A stretch of 64,000 bases of DNA. It comes from Paraspadella gotoi. Its lineage: Eukaryota > Animalia > Chaetognatha. Shown one piece after another: positions 12,979-26,628 of the stretch (position 1 is the first letter of the stretch; each line of letters begins with the position of its first letter). The stretch covers positions 22,331,628 to 22,395,627 of the forward strand of contig CM119268.1 of assembly GCA_051294375.1 (NCBI GenBank), read 5' to 3'. The notes under the pieces are model-generated. The model was not told the origin of the DNA and made no database searches. It was given only the letters and a program-made list of their open reading frames with translations. A program made the position numbers and the translations under genes.

Positions 12979-15900
12979 CAAAGGTAAACTTTAGGTCAAT
13001 TAAAAATAAACCAAAAAGAGAAAATTTACTTCTAAAAGTTAAAAGAAAGAAGTAATTAAGGGTTGCCCCCCCCCCTCCCCGATACTTTTTAAAAGTCAAT
13101 GTTGTAGAAAACAGGATTTCAAATCATCAGTTTTCACCAAAGATTAATTATATTCCCCTCGGTCTCGTTCGCTATCGAAAATAAACATCGTTTCACCTTT
13201 TAAGATTGGCGTTTGGCCATCGACTCGTGTGCTGCAGCATCGTGAAATGATAGATTAAGTTGCTCGTGGCTTCGCGTATGATCGGATATCCTGGGTTTTG
13301 TTTCGTATTTATTAAAACGACTCATTTTTTTAATAATAATTAATATTATAAAAAAAATATCTAGAACCGGCAGAGAGGATTCTGATGCCGAAGTCGTCGT
13401 CTTCTCCGCCCCATCCCCAGTATCGATTCGAGAATCCGTTCGTCGCCAAGTATTGCTCTTTCGTTACGGCCATAATGCCTCCGACCATGCGATGGTACAT
13501 CGGCCTGATAACATTTTTTTTTTAAATGATATTTGAAAAAAATTTGAAAGTGTGGCGGTATATTCACACCGCCTCACGTCCACCATCCGTCAGCCAAATC
13601 CATTGGCTCAGAGGGGGAACACACCATCCCAGGCGTAGTGTTCCATCCACAGTCCTAACGACTTCCCTCTGCGTTGGCAAAGCGAGACCGTCCTAGTGTA
13701 ACCGCGCCAGTGACTGGATGCGTCATTGAGGGCCGGAAGCCCCCAAAGCCAACAGTGAGATCCCGCATCCCAATGGGCATCAAAGGCAACCCGGCTGTTG
13801 CCATAAGTGGTGAGCCCTACTATCGAACACGCAACCTTCTCAGGGTACGCTACGACAAACGCCTATGCCCTCCGACTTCGGGTACGCTACGACAACGCCT
13901 ATGCCCCTGGGGTACGCTATGACAAACGCCTATGCCCCCACAACTCGCGCTCTCCTCTTTCTCTCCACTATGGTAACAGTCTTGTCAGACACCTCTCAGG
14001 CTTGAGGAACCTGAGTAATGTCTTGGCCCGGGGATCCTGTGGCGGTATATTCACACCGCCTCACGTCCACCATCCGTCAAGCCAAATCCATTGGCTCAGT
14101 GGGGGAACACACCATCCCAGGCGTTAGTGTTCCATCCACAGTCCTAACGACTTCCCTCTGCGTTGGCAAAAGCGAGACGTCCTAGGGTAACCGCGCCCAG
14201 TGACTGGATGCGTCATGAGGCGGAAGCCCCCAAAGCCAACAGTGAGATGCCCCATCCCAATGGGCATCACAGGCAACCCGGCTGTTGCCATAAAAGATCT
14301 TTTTCCGATAATATTTTTTTTACGAAAACCGTTTTGAACTATTTCCGAAATAGAAGTTACAATTACGTCGCTTCATTTAATATCTTATCAGAACCAAAAG
14401 GTTTTTGCTTATACTAAGCTGAATTCTCACAAACTCAAACGGTGCTTTGTGAAAGATGTCAGATTTAATATTTTCTAAATTTCCTGAACTCGATTAGTAT
14501 TTACCAGTTACCGCCTTAACTTCTTCATTGTATCAATACATAATCCAAATAGTTCCACTACCCCAAACTTGAAGTTACACACATTCTTACGGAACCGAAA
14601 TGCCATAAAAAATACCCTGACCTGTATCCGAGGGTGTCCACCATCGCCCCAAAGTGTTTCGGCCCCTTTTCATCGCATTGATAGAGAATTCGCTCGTCCT
14701 CAGGTACGAGATCCACATCGTGAAAGAAGAAGCAGTTGATGTCTGGTCGCATTGCAACAGCGGAAAGGAATCCAACGTTGTTCAATCTGCCTGAATTTGT
14801 AAAAAAAAAGAATCAATAAGTAAATCTGGATGAAATCCACTTTCCATTTGTTGATCTTTTGGCCTCCAACCATAAAACGTGAAACCTTAAGGGAGGAAGA
14901 AGGAGCAAAAAAGGCAATGATAAAGCAGTTCTCTGTGAGACGCCTTTCAGCATAAATAAATCAATACAGGTACCTATTTATTTTTCAGTATTAGACGGTA
15001 TCAATATGTGTTACTTATTAAGCATCAGTCCACTTTGTAACTTATCCGTACAGGTGAACACGATTTGATAAGGAACTATGTGGGCTAAAGATTACTATTC
15101 GCGACTTCTTTAAACCCTTTAGTAGCCATGGAACAGGTCTTGCGATAGAATCCAGTCTTAGGGGTTTATCCACTCCCCCAATGGGTTTAGTTTTACGGCC
15201 GCGTTCACGCTTCCCACAAAGAGTAGGCACCGAATTAGGATTCAACGCGATACCTTGAGGTTATTAACTCAAAGATTTACTCAATGAGCTACCGGGTCAC
15301 ATCATTTCTGAGCGGAGTGAACCTTACCAATGCCGGCAACAAACCTTTGTTGAACCTCTTGTTCTTGTCTCCTCCTTGTTCGATGACAAAGACTTGATAG
15401 TCGATTTTCTGTCGCTGAAGAAGAGGATGAAGAATTTTGAGGAAGAGTCGAAGATGTTCCTCGCGATTTCTGAAATGTAAAATGTCTGATAATTTATTAT
15501 GTGTTTTTATGTATCTATTTTATTGTAGTTTTATTTAATTTATTTTATTGTATGGTCTTCCAAAGCAATAGAAGTATGAATTAAAAAGAATTTAAATTTT
15601 AAAAAAAATATTATTATTATAGTTATTATTATAATAATTATTATTATTATTATGATTATTAATATTATTATGGTGGACTAAAATCCACCAACCGTTCATT
15701 AGTGGCCATTGGTGCCGGAGACAAGTCATTCGCCTCCCAACCCGGTAGTTGCCTAGCAGTTAAAGCGGGACGGGGCGCTTAACCCGCCTGTAACATGGTG
15801 TTACAGCCTGATTCGAAGCTCAGGGAGTGCTTATAATCAATAATTACTGTCTCTTCATTATTAATATTAATATTATTACTTTTATTATTTTATATCCTTT

Positions 15901-17082
15901 AATGCCTCTTTTTTCGGTTATCAAATTGTTTAACCCAGTATTTTGTAACTCCTATTTTCAAAGACATCTCACAATTAAAGATTTATGTCACTGCTCATTT
16001 AATTATCAAAAATCCAGCTTCTCAGCCACTTAGTAGCAATCATAAGCACTGTTTTATAGCAATGAGAGTATCTTTTTCACCTGTACGGAATTATAAGGGC
16101 GACTGTACTTGTTGCATTGCAATTTCTTGGTTTCCAAGCTCCTTTGTTAGTTGAGTGTAATCTGAGACCATGAGAGATAAGAATAGGTAAAGTGTGATGG
16201 TTATATTTTAATATCACAACTGCTTTGTCTATACCTCAGTAATTTGGTGAAGTTTGTATTTTGATATCGGTTTTTAATGTGCCACTTCCAGGATTTTAAG
16301 TCCTTAAATCCAGACCGTTGCCAAATCGGTCCTGGAAGGAAAGACGGAAGGTAAGGCTCAAGGCTCAATCACAAGCCCAATTAGCTCATTGACTTCCTAC
16401 CTAGATCTCCACTCATATGACAATTTGGTAGATTGTCAGAAACGTTGAGGACGAACGTGGGGCTAAAAATAGAAACGTTGGATGTTGCGGACGACTGGAG
16501 CAATGAGTTCATTGTTTTCACTGTCAAAAAGAGTAAAATGGTCAATTTTTTTCAGAATTAAAACTCTGTCAATTAATATATATATTTAGTATATAAAATT
16601 ATCCGTTCATTTAATGAATAAGTAATCTTGAAGATAATAACATAGTCTCGGGAACTGTCAAGTTATTAACTCCCAGAGCACAAAGTTTTTTCATCGAAGA
16701 AGTGGTATAATGTTTTTCATGTTTTCATTACATTTTATTATATAAATATTTTGGAGAAAACTCACTTTGTAATTTGATCCATTTTATTCTAAATTCTATT
16801 GTGAGGGTGTCTTCCGGGAAAAAATAGTCGAGAGTAAAAATGAGAAATAGACCTAATAAAAAAGATTTTTTAGCCACGAATTAGTCAAATTTACAACTTT
16901 GCAACTTGTTAATTTTTAAATACTTTACTTGTCAAAAGTAAGTCAAAAATAAATGTTAAAATGAGTTTTAAAAAAATATTTATTATTGATAATATTAATC
17001 AATTAATTAATTAATTAATATCTCTTTGTCTCTCTCTCCTACCAAAAATTGATGCCGCGATAAATTTTCTTCTTATCCTCAT
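11630..17082 (-). CDS. GT7 family beta-1,4-galactosyl/GalNAc-transferase-like gene, copy C (complete, 11 exons)
   Basis: MRIRRKFIAASIFGLFLIFTL start at 17082. Exons ~17082-17043, 16852-16766, 16521-16401, 16331-16235, 16161-16081, 15469-15345, 14790-14622, 13504-13368, 13290-13197, 11777-11630 (10 traced; count approximate). Motifs IIPYRNR, FHDVDL, YWGWGGEDDDF, FTMLQH, DGLNSV; TAA at 11630-11632. Confidence 0.92.
12690..12910. repeat. ~23 bp minisatellite (ttggttatcatcgcatcaatca)
   Basis: About 9 degenerate tandem units visible. Confidence 0.8.
13551..14292 (+). mobile_element. TRIM-like miniature LTR retroelement (intron of GT7 copy C)
   Basis: Two 255 bp near-identical direct repeats 13551-13805 and 14038-14292 (TGTGGC...GCCATA). 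TSD AAAG, PBS-like TGGTGAGCCC just after the left LTR, G-rich tract before the right LTR, three ~29 bp internal repeats, no ORF. Confidence 0.8.
15670..15855 (+). mobile_element. tRNA-like structured element copy (intron of GT7 copy C)
   Basis: tggtggactaaaatccaccaaccgttcatt...gcctgtaacatggtgttacagcctgattcgaagctcaggg, with an internal deletion. Confidence 0.8.
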
Positions 17083-17466
17083 TTCCTTTTTTCCTCTAAG
17101 AAAAGTTTTTCACTCAATTTCGTATTTTTTTCCGGCTCAAAAAGGGAAAATATGTTTTGGTGGTTTGATTGGTCAGTCTAGAAGGTTTACGTGCCAAAGT
17201 TGACGGTTTAAAGGCCAGAGTTAACATTTGAAAAGCCAAATTTCATGGTTTGAAGGCAAGATATGATGATTGATTGGCCAAATTTGACGGTTTAAAGGCC
17301 AACGTTAATGGTTGAAAGATCAGAGAAAGTTGTTCAAAGGCGCGAGTTGACAGTTTAAGATTTTAAGGTTAGATGGCCAGTTTTGACGGTTAAAAGGCCA
17401 GAGTTGATGGCTGAAAGACCTAAGTTTACGGTTAACGGGCAGGAGTTTAAATGCTGATAGTTAATA

Positions 17467-18404
17467 TAGAGTGTCTCAAGCGTACTGTCACTTTACAAAT
17501 GAATACAGTCAATAAATACAGTTATAAAAAATTTATTTACTGCACTCGTTGGATTCAGAAATCATTATTTTTGAAAATCAAACGATTAGATCACATTTTA
17601 TCAGCACTCAAAGTAAAAGTCGATATCTCTTCTGTCTATTTTAAAATATTTAAATCTTTCCTACTACCCTTAAAATTATTTTTCAGCTACTTAATCAAGT
17701 ATTAATATGTTGCTACGTGATATTGAGGGTTAAAGGCTTTCCTGAACGATTTTCACGATAGTCCTTCCGGATTTGACAATATTTGACTGGTTTTTACTTG
17801 AGAGAATATTACGGATATGCAGATGGTTTTATACAAACATTTACATTAGCAATACACTGACACGTGAGCTGTAGGCTGCTTGAAAATAGTTTTAGAAGTA
17901 AAAAGTACTCTATGCTTCCAAGTTCCAACATCATTTGCTGAAAGCCAATCATACTAAATTTGCAACGTTTATCAATTTTCTTAATCAGCAGCCATGAAAA
18001 CAAATTTTGTTCACTATCAATGAATGATTCTTTAAATCTTTTCTTCTGAAATCATCATCATCGTCAATCATCTTCAATCTCCAAAACTCTTCGTCAAGAG
18101 CACAATAAACAATGTAGCCTACTGTAATAAAACACACACAAAATAAATCTTTTTTAACCAAAAGCTGGACAACTATTCAAATTTGATATCACCTAAATTT
18201 TTTTAGCAATTGTTAAAACGAAAATCCCATCTAATTTAAATTGAGCATTGTATGAATAAAAATGCAAATAAACATGATGAAGGAGATACCCAAAAAAAAA
18301 CTGTATGAACTTATCTTTCCAGTGGTTTTTTCAAATTTTTAATTCACCTTACCAATTTCATACCGCGTTCATTTGTAAAGTGACAGTACTCTTGAGACAC
18401 TCTG
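17467..18404. mobile_element. Tc1/mariner-type MITE/non-autonomous DNA transposon
   Basis: ~38 bp TIRs (YAGAGTGTCTCAAG.GTACTGTCACTTTACAAATGAA) flanked by TA on both sides; interrupts a degenerate 22 bp tandem array (17150-17450, 18410-18570). Confidence 0.8.
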
Positions 18405-18984
18405 TAGTTGAGAGGCCAAAGTTGGTTTTAAAGAAAAGAGTTTTTTGGTTAAATGAAGAGAATTGACAGTTGAAAGCCCAGAGTTGGCGACTGAAAAGTC
18501 AGCGTTGACGGTTAAAAGGCCAGTGTTGACGGTCAGTCAAGTCTATTGACAGAACAACGTTGACAGTATAAGCTTGAAAGGCAGGTGACTCGTCTTGAAG
18601 TGCGCACGATGTTGTTCCAAGTTTTTTTTTTTTATAGAATGTTTCATTTCGTGTTTCTCATTCTCCATCCGCGATATTTTTTTATCGTTTCGATTAAATT
18701 TCTTTTTCTGTTTTCAAATTTAAACACTACTTAAAATTTACAAAAAAATGGTGATTTATGGAAATTCATATTTCAACTTTTAACTATTTTAATAAATTTT
18801 TAAATCTTTTTAATTATAATAATTAGAATAAAATCTTATATAGTTTTAAAGTTATAAATCGATTAGGTTTCAACCTTCGATCGCTTTCGATCTTTGGAAC
18901 AAACATGAAAAAGTTTTGGGTCAATCATTCGTCGGCGCGATCTTCCTTCCGAGACGATGTCGTGCGTGGCGGAGACGAACGACG

Positions 18985-19370
18985 ATGGGCGAAGGGCCAA
19001 CGGCGAAGGGCCAACGGCGAAGGGCCAACGGCGATGGGCCAACGGCGAAGGGCCAACGGCGAAGGGCCAACGGCGAGGGCCAACGGCGAAGGGCCAACGG
19101 CGATGGGCAACGGCGAAGGGCCAACGCGAAGGGCCAACGGGGCGAGGGCCAACGGCGAAGGGCCAACGGCGAGGGCCAACGGCGAAGGGCCAACGGCGAA
19201 GGGCCAACGGCGAAGGGCCAACGGCGAAGGGCCACGGCGAAGGGCAAACGGCGATGGGCCAACGGCGAAGGGCAACCGGCGATGGCCAAATGGCGATGGA
19301 CCAACGGGATGGGCAAACGGCAAAGGAGGGGCCACCGGCGAAGGAAGGTCCAACGGCGAAGGGCCAATGG
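18985..19370. repeat. 14 bp GC-rich minisatellite (GGGCCAACGGCGAA)n
   Basis: About 25 tandem units; explains the overlapping ORFs on both strands. Confidence 0.95.
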
Positions 19371-20088
19371 TTAAAGGCGAATATTTGAGGAGCAGGATGT
19401 TTGAATGGCAAAAGATTGAGGCTTATGGCAAAGATAATATGTGTGGCAAAGGTGTGCGGCAAATATGAAAGATGTAGACAAATGCAAAGTGCAAATGGAA
19501 AAGACAAGTGGTGTCGATTAATGACGAAGACAAATGGCAAGTGGCAAGGTGAAAACAAACGTCAATGATGAACAGTGAAGACAAAAGGTGAATAGTGAAG
19601 AAGAAGAGGAAGACGACTGGAGAAAATGAGCGGCGACGACAAAATGCTCGTGTGAACGGCGAATTGCGAAGACGAGGGGCGAAGACGAGCGGCGAAGACG
19701 AAATGACTCATTTTGCCCCGAAATGACAAAGACATCGTCTTCACATTCGACCCAAGGGTGAAAGATAATTTTCCCTCTTAAAACTTTTAATTCAATTTCG
19801 ATCCGACGAAGGGAAAAAAAAAGGCCTTATTTTCCCAGGACGCCCCATTTTATGTTAATTTTGGAATTAGGTTTTATTTTTTAGTTAAAAATTAGATTAA
19901 AGGTTAAGGTTAGGGACTAGATGAGGGATGAGGTTAGTGATTAAGGTTAGGGATTTTGGTTAGGGACTAGTATTTAGTGGTAAAGGATAAGGGTTCAGGA
20001 TTAGGTTAGATTTAAGGATTAGAGTGAGGGATTGGTTAAAACATTAAAGTTAAAATTAAATTCTGGGATCAACGAACTGAAAAAAGGC

Positions 20089-20125
<37 letters not shown>

Positions 20126-21239
20126 GAAAAAAAACTTTTTGAAGGGCTGGATAAACTAATTAGGTTTTTTTGTTTCTCTCTAGATATTTTTATTTTTTTA
20201 TAATTTTAATTTTCTTTTTATTATTATCGATTCTTTGTGTGTTATTTTTTTAAAATATTACTAGCTCGCCTCGTCGTTTGGAAAATGGAGAAAACAAAGT
20301 TGCTTCAAAGGCACGGTAGAAAAAAAACTGGTTTTGTAAATGAAAACCTGCTTGGAGAATGTGTCCCCTTGATTGTTATGCGAGCTGGAAAAAAAGAGAT
20401 TGAAAGAGAGGTAATTTATTAGTTTCGACGCGAGTACTCGCGGAGTAACTCGGCTACAGGAATTCCGAAAACTATGAAGAATAAAATACAGAATTTTGAT
20501 GCTGTGCATGTCATAAATCTGCGGGCAAAAAAAAAATTATATCATGACATGTCATGACATATGATGTGATCAAAGGGAAATACACGTGAAAATAAAGTCA
20601 CAAGTTAAAATTTTAGATATGGCTTCTCATCTTTAAGATCTTTGCAATTGTTATGTTTCATATGGATTCAAGTATTTTTTGTTTTAATTTCTTTCTCATT
20701 ATGATTTACTGCTATATGCATTTTTTTTAATAATATGCAAATTAGTATATAGAATACTATATGCTAATGTGAATATTGCAGTAAATCACTTTTACAACTT
20801 CCAATTGAAAAAAACACTTTCCAGTTGTAAACGGTTGTTTCTTTAAATTATATATATATTTCTCTTTCTTTTGTCAGGCGCTGCCTCTTCTGATTCGTCT
20901 AAAAATGAGTTCAGCTCTGCAGTGGTTGGACTTCTCTTTTTCTCTTTCTTTCTCTCTCTCTTTCTTTCTCTCTCTCTCTCTCACTCATACACGCAATTGT
21001 TTTTTTTTTTTACGATGAATGATTCATCGCGTCAATGAATGATTATCATCACATCAATGAATTACTATTACATCAACCAGTCAATTACTATTACATCAAT
21101 CAATTACTATTAAATCAATAATCGCATCAATCGTTTTTTTTTATTTTTTCACTATACTTTTATGATTTTTATTATTATTTTCCATCGTCTTTTTTCTCAA
21201 TACACGCCCTACCTTATTCTCTGAGTTCTTATTTAAAAA

Positions 21240-21462
21240 TAGTAGAAAAAGTTTGAATTTTAATTCGACAACTATTTTATTTCAAATGAAACGTAAATAT
21301 TTCGACTCTTAGACTCTTCATCAGCGTCATTAAAAACCTAATAACGCTGATGAAGACTCGCACTAAGAGTCGAAACTTGAACGTTTCATTTGAAATGAAA
21401 TAGTTGTCGAATTAAAATTCAATCTTTTTCTACTAATCACTACGCAACGAAAGAAAGGAAAT
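21240..21462. mobile_element. Foldback element with two inverted degenerate hammerhead motifs
   Basis: Inverted repeat 21240-21330 / 21340-21435. Plus arm AACG-CTGATGA-A-GACTC..GAGTC-GAAAC-TT-GAA-CGTT; tail caacgaaagaaaggaaa. Confidence 0.7.
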
Positions 21463-21477
21463 AACACAACACCATTG

Positions 21478-21519
21478 AAGTCTCTCTGGAAGAGTGGGTT
21501 CGAATCCCACCGCTGCCAG
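21478..21519 (+). pseudogene. 3' half of tRNA-Leu (pseudogene fragment)
   Basis: agtctctctggaagagtgggttcgaatcccaccgctgcca matches the variable arm, T arm and acceptor of animal tRNA-Leu(AAG/TAG); no 5' half upstream. Confidence 0.6.
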
Positions 21520-22009
21520 CACATTAAAGGAAAAACTCATGGATTTCTAAGACGAAATCGAACGTGATTTATTCTGAGAATAATAACAATAACGGTGAGA
21601 CACACGCAGGAGTCCAGATCAATTTTACTGAAACTAAGGAAAGCTAGGTCTATTTATATCTATAGAAGAGGATTAGAGGCAAGGGGTATTTTTACAATTG
21701 TATTGTTTCTGGAAGCTGATTGGTCGATGCCATTCTCTCCTCAACCAATCCGATCCTCCGATCCTATTTTGATTTCGGTTCTGGTTTATATTTTATTTCT
21801 CTTTTGGTGAGGTTGAGTCTCCTGCGATGATACTTACCCTTTATAAAATGCGTCTTATGACATTTTCTTGCCACACGGACACGACAAATTACCGTCTCAT
21901 TAGCTTCGGAACTTTGGATCTGACTGTAGTTCGTCACTTCATGTGGGTTAGAAGTCCCGCTTACTAGCATTGATACCAAGGACCGCAATCCTTCCAGCAT
22001 TCCAGCATT

Positions 22010-22415
22010 CCACCCTCAACTCCAGCAATTATTCCCCCTCCAGCAATCCTTCTCCAACTCCAGCAATCCTTTTTTCCAACTCCAACAATCTTTGTCCCCA
22101 ACTCCAGCAAACGTTTTCCCCAACTCCAGCAATCCTTCCCCCTCCAGTAATCCTTCTCCTACTCCAGCAATCTTTTTCCCCAACTCTAGCAATCCTTCCC
22201 CAACTCCAGCAATCCTCCAACTAAGGCAATTCTTTTCCCAACTCCAGCAATTCTTTTCCCCACTCAAGTAACTCCAGAAATCCTTTTTCCCAACTCCAAC
22301 AATCCGTTTCCAAAACTCTAGCAAGCCTTCCCAAACTCCAGCAACCCTTCCCCCTCCAGCAATTCTTCTCCAACTCCAGCAATCCTTTTCCCCAACTCCA
22401 GCAATCCGTCCCCCA
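22010..22415. repeat. Degenerate ~20-22 bp tandem repeat (ccaactccagcaatcctt..)
   Basis: About 18 units visible. Confidence 0.9.
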
Positions 22416-24169
22416 CTCCTTAATCCTTTATTAAAAATCGAGTCTAGAAAATTATCCCACCGGATTTCAAACTTGGTAGAGTTGACATCGGGAGAAGAAA
22501 TCGATTGACATCTTAAAGATGGTGAAAGGAAATTCACCGAGAAAAGATCGAAGAAAGAAGAAGGAGGAGGAGGAGGAGGAGGAGGAGGAGAGTACGAATA
22601 CGAATCAAAGGTGAAAACTGGTCAAGTCTGTGAAGGATGAGGGAGATGGTTCGTTGATTTGTGAAATCACATGCGTGATAACCGATTAGGTAATAAGCGA
22701 GTTTGTGAACAAAATTTATTTATTCAATAATTGATAATTTAATTAACTTGTTTATTCATTTATTCATTTATTTGTTTGTTCGTTCGTTTATACATTCTTT
22801 TGATTCTTTTTTTTAAATAATTTGCTGAATTATTCAGCCTTTCTTTCATTCATATTTATATTCATTCCTTTGATACTTTGATTAATTCATTCATTCCACT
22901 AATTGATTCTTTCATTCAGTCATTCATTAACAGGATCACTCCTCAATTTATTCATTCCTTTTTTCATTCATTCATTCATTCATTCATTCATTTATTCATT
23001 CATTCATTCATTCCATTGGCAATCCAGACGTCCCAGATCTCAGGGTCCCAGGTTCGAATCCTGTGGCGGACGGATTTATTTCCCAAAAGAAATATCTCCA
23101 CTCGAGAGGCCGCAGATTCATTCACTCATTCATTCATACATTCACTCCATAATTCATTAATTCCTTTTATTAATTTTTTTTTCAGTCACTCATTCATTCA
23201 ATCATTCATTGATTCATTCATCCCATTCATTCAATTCATTGCCCTTCATTTAAGACGCCCTTCCCGGTTCCAACCATTCTGGTCACCGGAGCGAGTTCGA
23301 TGACGATGCAGCCTCCAACTCCGCCGCCGCCGCAGACGACGCGGCGAATCCGCTCCCCGACGCAGCGTTGGCCGCCGGAATGGCTGGCGACGCCTCGTCG
23401 CCGGGTCGGAGCGGCGAGGGCGGCGCCGCGCGGAGCTGGGCTGCGGGCTGCGGGCTGCGGGCTGCGGGCGGCGTCGGGGAAGTTAAGAAGAAGACAAACC
23501 AATCGGTTCAGGGTCAGTCGTTGTTGTCCNNNNNNNNNNGGATGAGGGAGATGGTGAGATTTGGTTCGTTGATTTGTGAAATCACATGCGTGATAACCAA
23601 TTAGGTAATAAGCGAGTTTGTGAGCAAAATTTATTTATTCAATAATTGATAATTTAATTAACTTGTTAATTCATTTATTCATTTATTTGTTTGTTCGTTC
23701 GTTTATACATTCTTTAGATTCTTTTTTTAAAATAATTTGCTGAATTATTCAGCCTTTCTTTCATTCATATTTATATTCATTCCTTTGATACATTGATTAA
23801 TTCATTCATTCCACTAATTGATTCATTCATTCAGTCATTCANNNNNNNNNNTATTTCAAAGAATGTTCCATATATAATAGACTCCAACCCCATTCACCAA
23901 ACACCAAATACCAAACACCAAATATAGTTTTAGCTATTACTCTTTTTTATAAAATTATTTTATGTTTCATTAAAAATATTTGGGCTAAAACTAATTGAAT
24001 TTCAATGTTGAGCAAATTAAAGTTTTATATTTGATAAAGATTTTGTTTAAAAATTAATACCGAAAAATATCCTATTTTGTTATTTTTTTAATTTTATATG
24101 AAATTTTCAAAATTACCTATTTCAATATCTTATATTGTTATATTTTATGAATGTTTTACTATTTAAACT

Positions 24170-24295
24170 TAGAGAAAAACAAAGTTTATTTTTTTATTTA
24201 TAACGATTTTTATTTTTACATAGGGACATGTTTTGGCTTTATGTATAAGCCTTCATCAGCGTTTGAATAATCAGACAAATTTTCTCTTAACATTG

Positions 24296-24347
<52 letters not shown>

Positions 24348-24440
24348 TGAGAGGGAGAGAGAGAAAAGAGAGAGAGATAAAGCTTCCAACAAAGGTTGAG
24401 AAAAAGACAGTGGTCAGATTGAGGACAGGTGAAGGTAATG
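24170..24440 (-). mobile_element. Truncated copy of the 26289-27099 hammerhead element family
   Basis: Minus strand CTGATGA-A-GGCTT..AAGCC-aAAACATGTC at 24224-24262; internal segment gttgagaaaaaga..tggtcaga..gaggacagg is shared with 26470-26525. Confidence 0.65.
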
Positions 24441-25717
24441 CTTTACTATTTAAACTATATTATTTAATTATATATATATTACTTTTTAAAAATATTATTT
24501 GCTTATTATATCTAATAATTCATTTTGGAGGAGGAGGTCAGTGAGGTTTTCTGGAAATCGAGGGAGCATAGAATAGAATACAATTAGACTACAATATTTA
24601 ATATTTAATACAATATTTAATTATCATTTTGCGCATTTCAAATTATTAAAGATAAACCTTTCCCTTTTAAATCTTAGCAAATTAGATTCATAAGTTTATT
24701 CGTTATATCTTTAGTTTTTAAAGATCCTTTCCTCAATTAAAAATTGCCGTACTTTTATTCAGTTAACTACTAGTAAACCAAAAATTGTCTATTACCTATT
24801 TAGAAAAAATCCTTTGCCTAAGTTCACCCTTAGGAATGAACCACATTATACTAATAAACATTTTATATAATAAAAAAATTATTAATAAATTTTACAATTT
24901 ATGACAGTAGGCCATATTTATACTAGTACTAATCCAATAAATATTAAAATTTCAAAACAGTTTTTTTTTTAAATTTTTTGCAGATTTGGATTCCGTCATA
25001 AAAGTTGATAGAAAGAAATATAACTCTTTTTAAAAATTCCTTCATTAAGTGGGTTCAAAAATTAAAAAAAAGCTATATTTTAAGCTGAAAATTAACTTTT
25101 TATATATTAAATTTAGTTTTTTTAATTTTTTAACCCACTTAATGAAAGACATTTTTAAAAAATGATTTATTTTCTTTTATCAACTTTTGACGAGGAATTC
25201 AAATCTGCATCAAAATTAAGAAAAGCATATTTTGAAATTTTTCGATTTTATAAGGATAGTACTATGTATAAATATAGCCTACTGCGAAAATTAAACGCAT
25301 AAAATTAATTTTTTTACATATTAATATTCACTGATTGGTATTGTTGTTCATAAATTGACATTTTAGAATTTTCGTATGTAACTTTCACTACGCCTTACTG
25401 ACTACACTCTTCCCATCGGTTGGTCAACGCTAACTTACCTTCTCTTACTTTATTGTAACTTGTAATTCATCGAGTCAAACAAAAGTCTTAAGTAATGAAT
25501 AACATAAAATGAGTCATTACTAAATTGGGGAAAAAGAGTTTTTATTCAGGGAGAAACAAAAAACATTTCACAGTCGAAAAATTGAGAATAAGCATTTTGG
25601 AAATCACGCATTGAGTCTCTCTCTCTTCTCTCTCTTCTCCTCTCTCTCTCTCTCTGCAGAATATAGCATTTTGGAAATCACGCATTGAGTCTCTCTTCTC
25701 TCTCTCTCTTCTCTCTT

Positions 25718-25752
<35 letters not shown>

Positions 25753-25907
25753 CTTCTCTCTCTTCTCTCTCTCTCTCACGGTCTTCATCCTTGACATCGA
25801 ACGATTTCTTACAAAGTCTCTCTTATCTTTTCCACTTCTTCCCCCTCTCTCTCTCTCTCACGGCTCTTTTATCGATGCATTCTAACAAAGTCTCTTCTCC
25901 ACCCTTC

Positions 25908-25936
<29 letters not shown>

Positions 25937-25938
<2 letters not shown>

Positions 25939-26586
25939 ACGGCTCTTCATCCTTGACATCGACAACGATTCTAACAAAGTCTCTCTCCACTTCCTCTCTC
26001 TCTATCGAGTATCCCGCGATGGATAAAGTATTAAGACCGTCGCTTTTGAATCTTCGCGCTGCGCCGTGGATGAGCCGGCTCCTGTTGTCGTTGTTGTCGT
26101 TGTTTATCGCCGTCGTCGTGGCAACGAGGACCGGGGAATGAGAGAGGTAAGGGATAGAGAAAGGGATAAAAAAAAGGGTGGGGAAATCCTCATTAGCAAA
26201 ATGATTTAAAAAGATCGATCTTCCTGTAGTTATGCTGAATTCGTATTTACGGTAAAACTTTTAAAAAGAAGTAAAAGAAAAAATATTAGTAGAAATAAGT
26301 TTGAATTTATTTGCAACAATTATTTTATTAGTACATAAGGACGTACATGTTTCGGCTTTAGTTACAAGCCTTCTTTAGCGTCATAGAAAAATTGTTTGTG
26401 AACTTTCACAAATCATTTGTGCAAAGGAAAAGTAAGAGAGAGAGAGAGAGAGAGATAGAGGGCAAAGTTTCCATCACAGAGTTGAGAAAAAGAATAGTGG
26501 TCAGATGTGAGGACAGGTCAAGGTGAAGACAGATTGAGTTAGACTGTGAAAAGAAATTAAGTGGTGAAAATTTTGAGAGAGAGAGG

Positions 26587-26628
<42 letters not shown>

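Noticed and set aside
18863-19558. Six overlapping 140-230 aa ORFs
   Set aside because: Produced by a stop-free 14 bp minisatellite; no coding evidence.
23040-23075. B-box (GGTTCGAATCC) suggesting a tRNA
   Set aside because: No cloverleaf or A-box; at most a SINE remnant.
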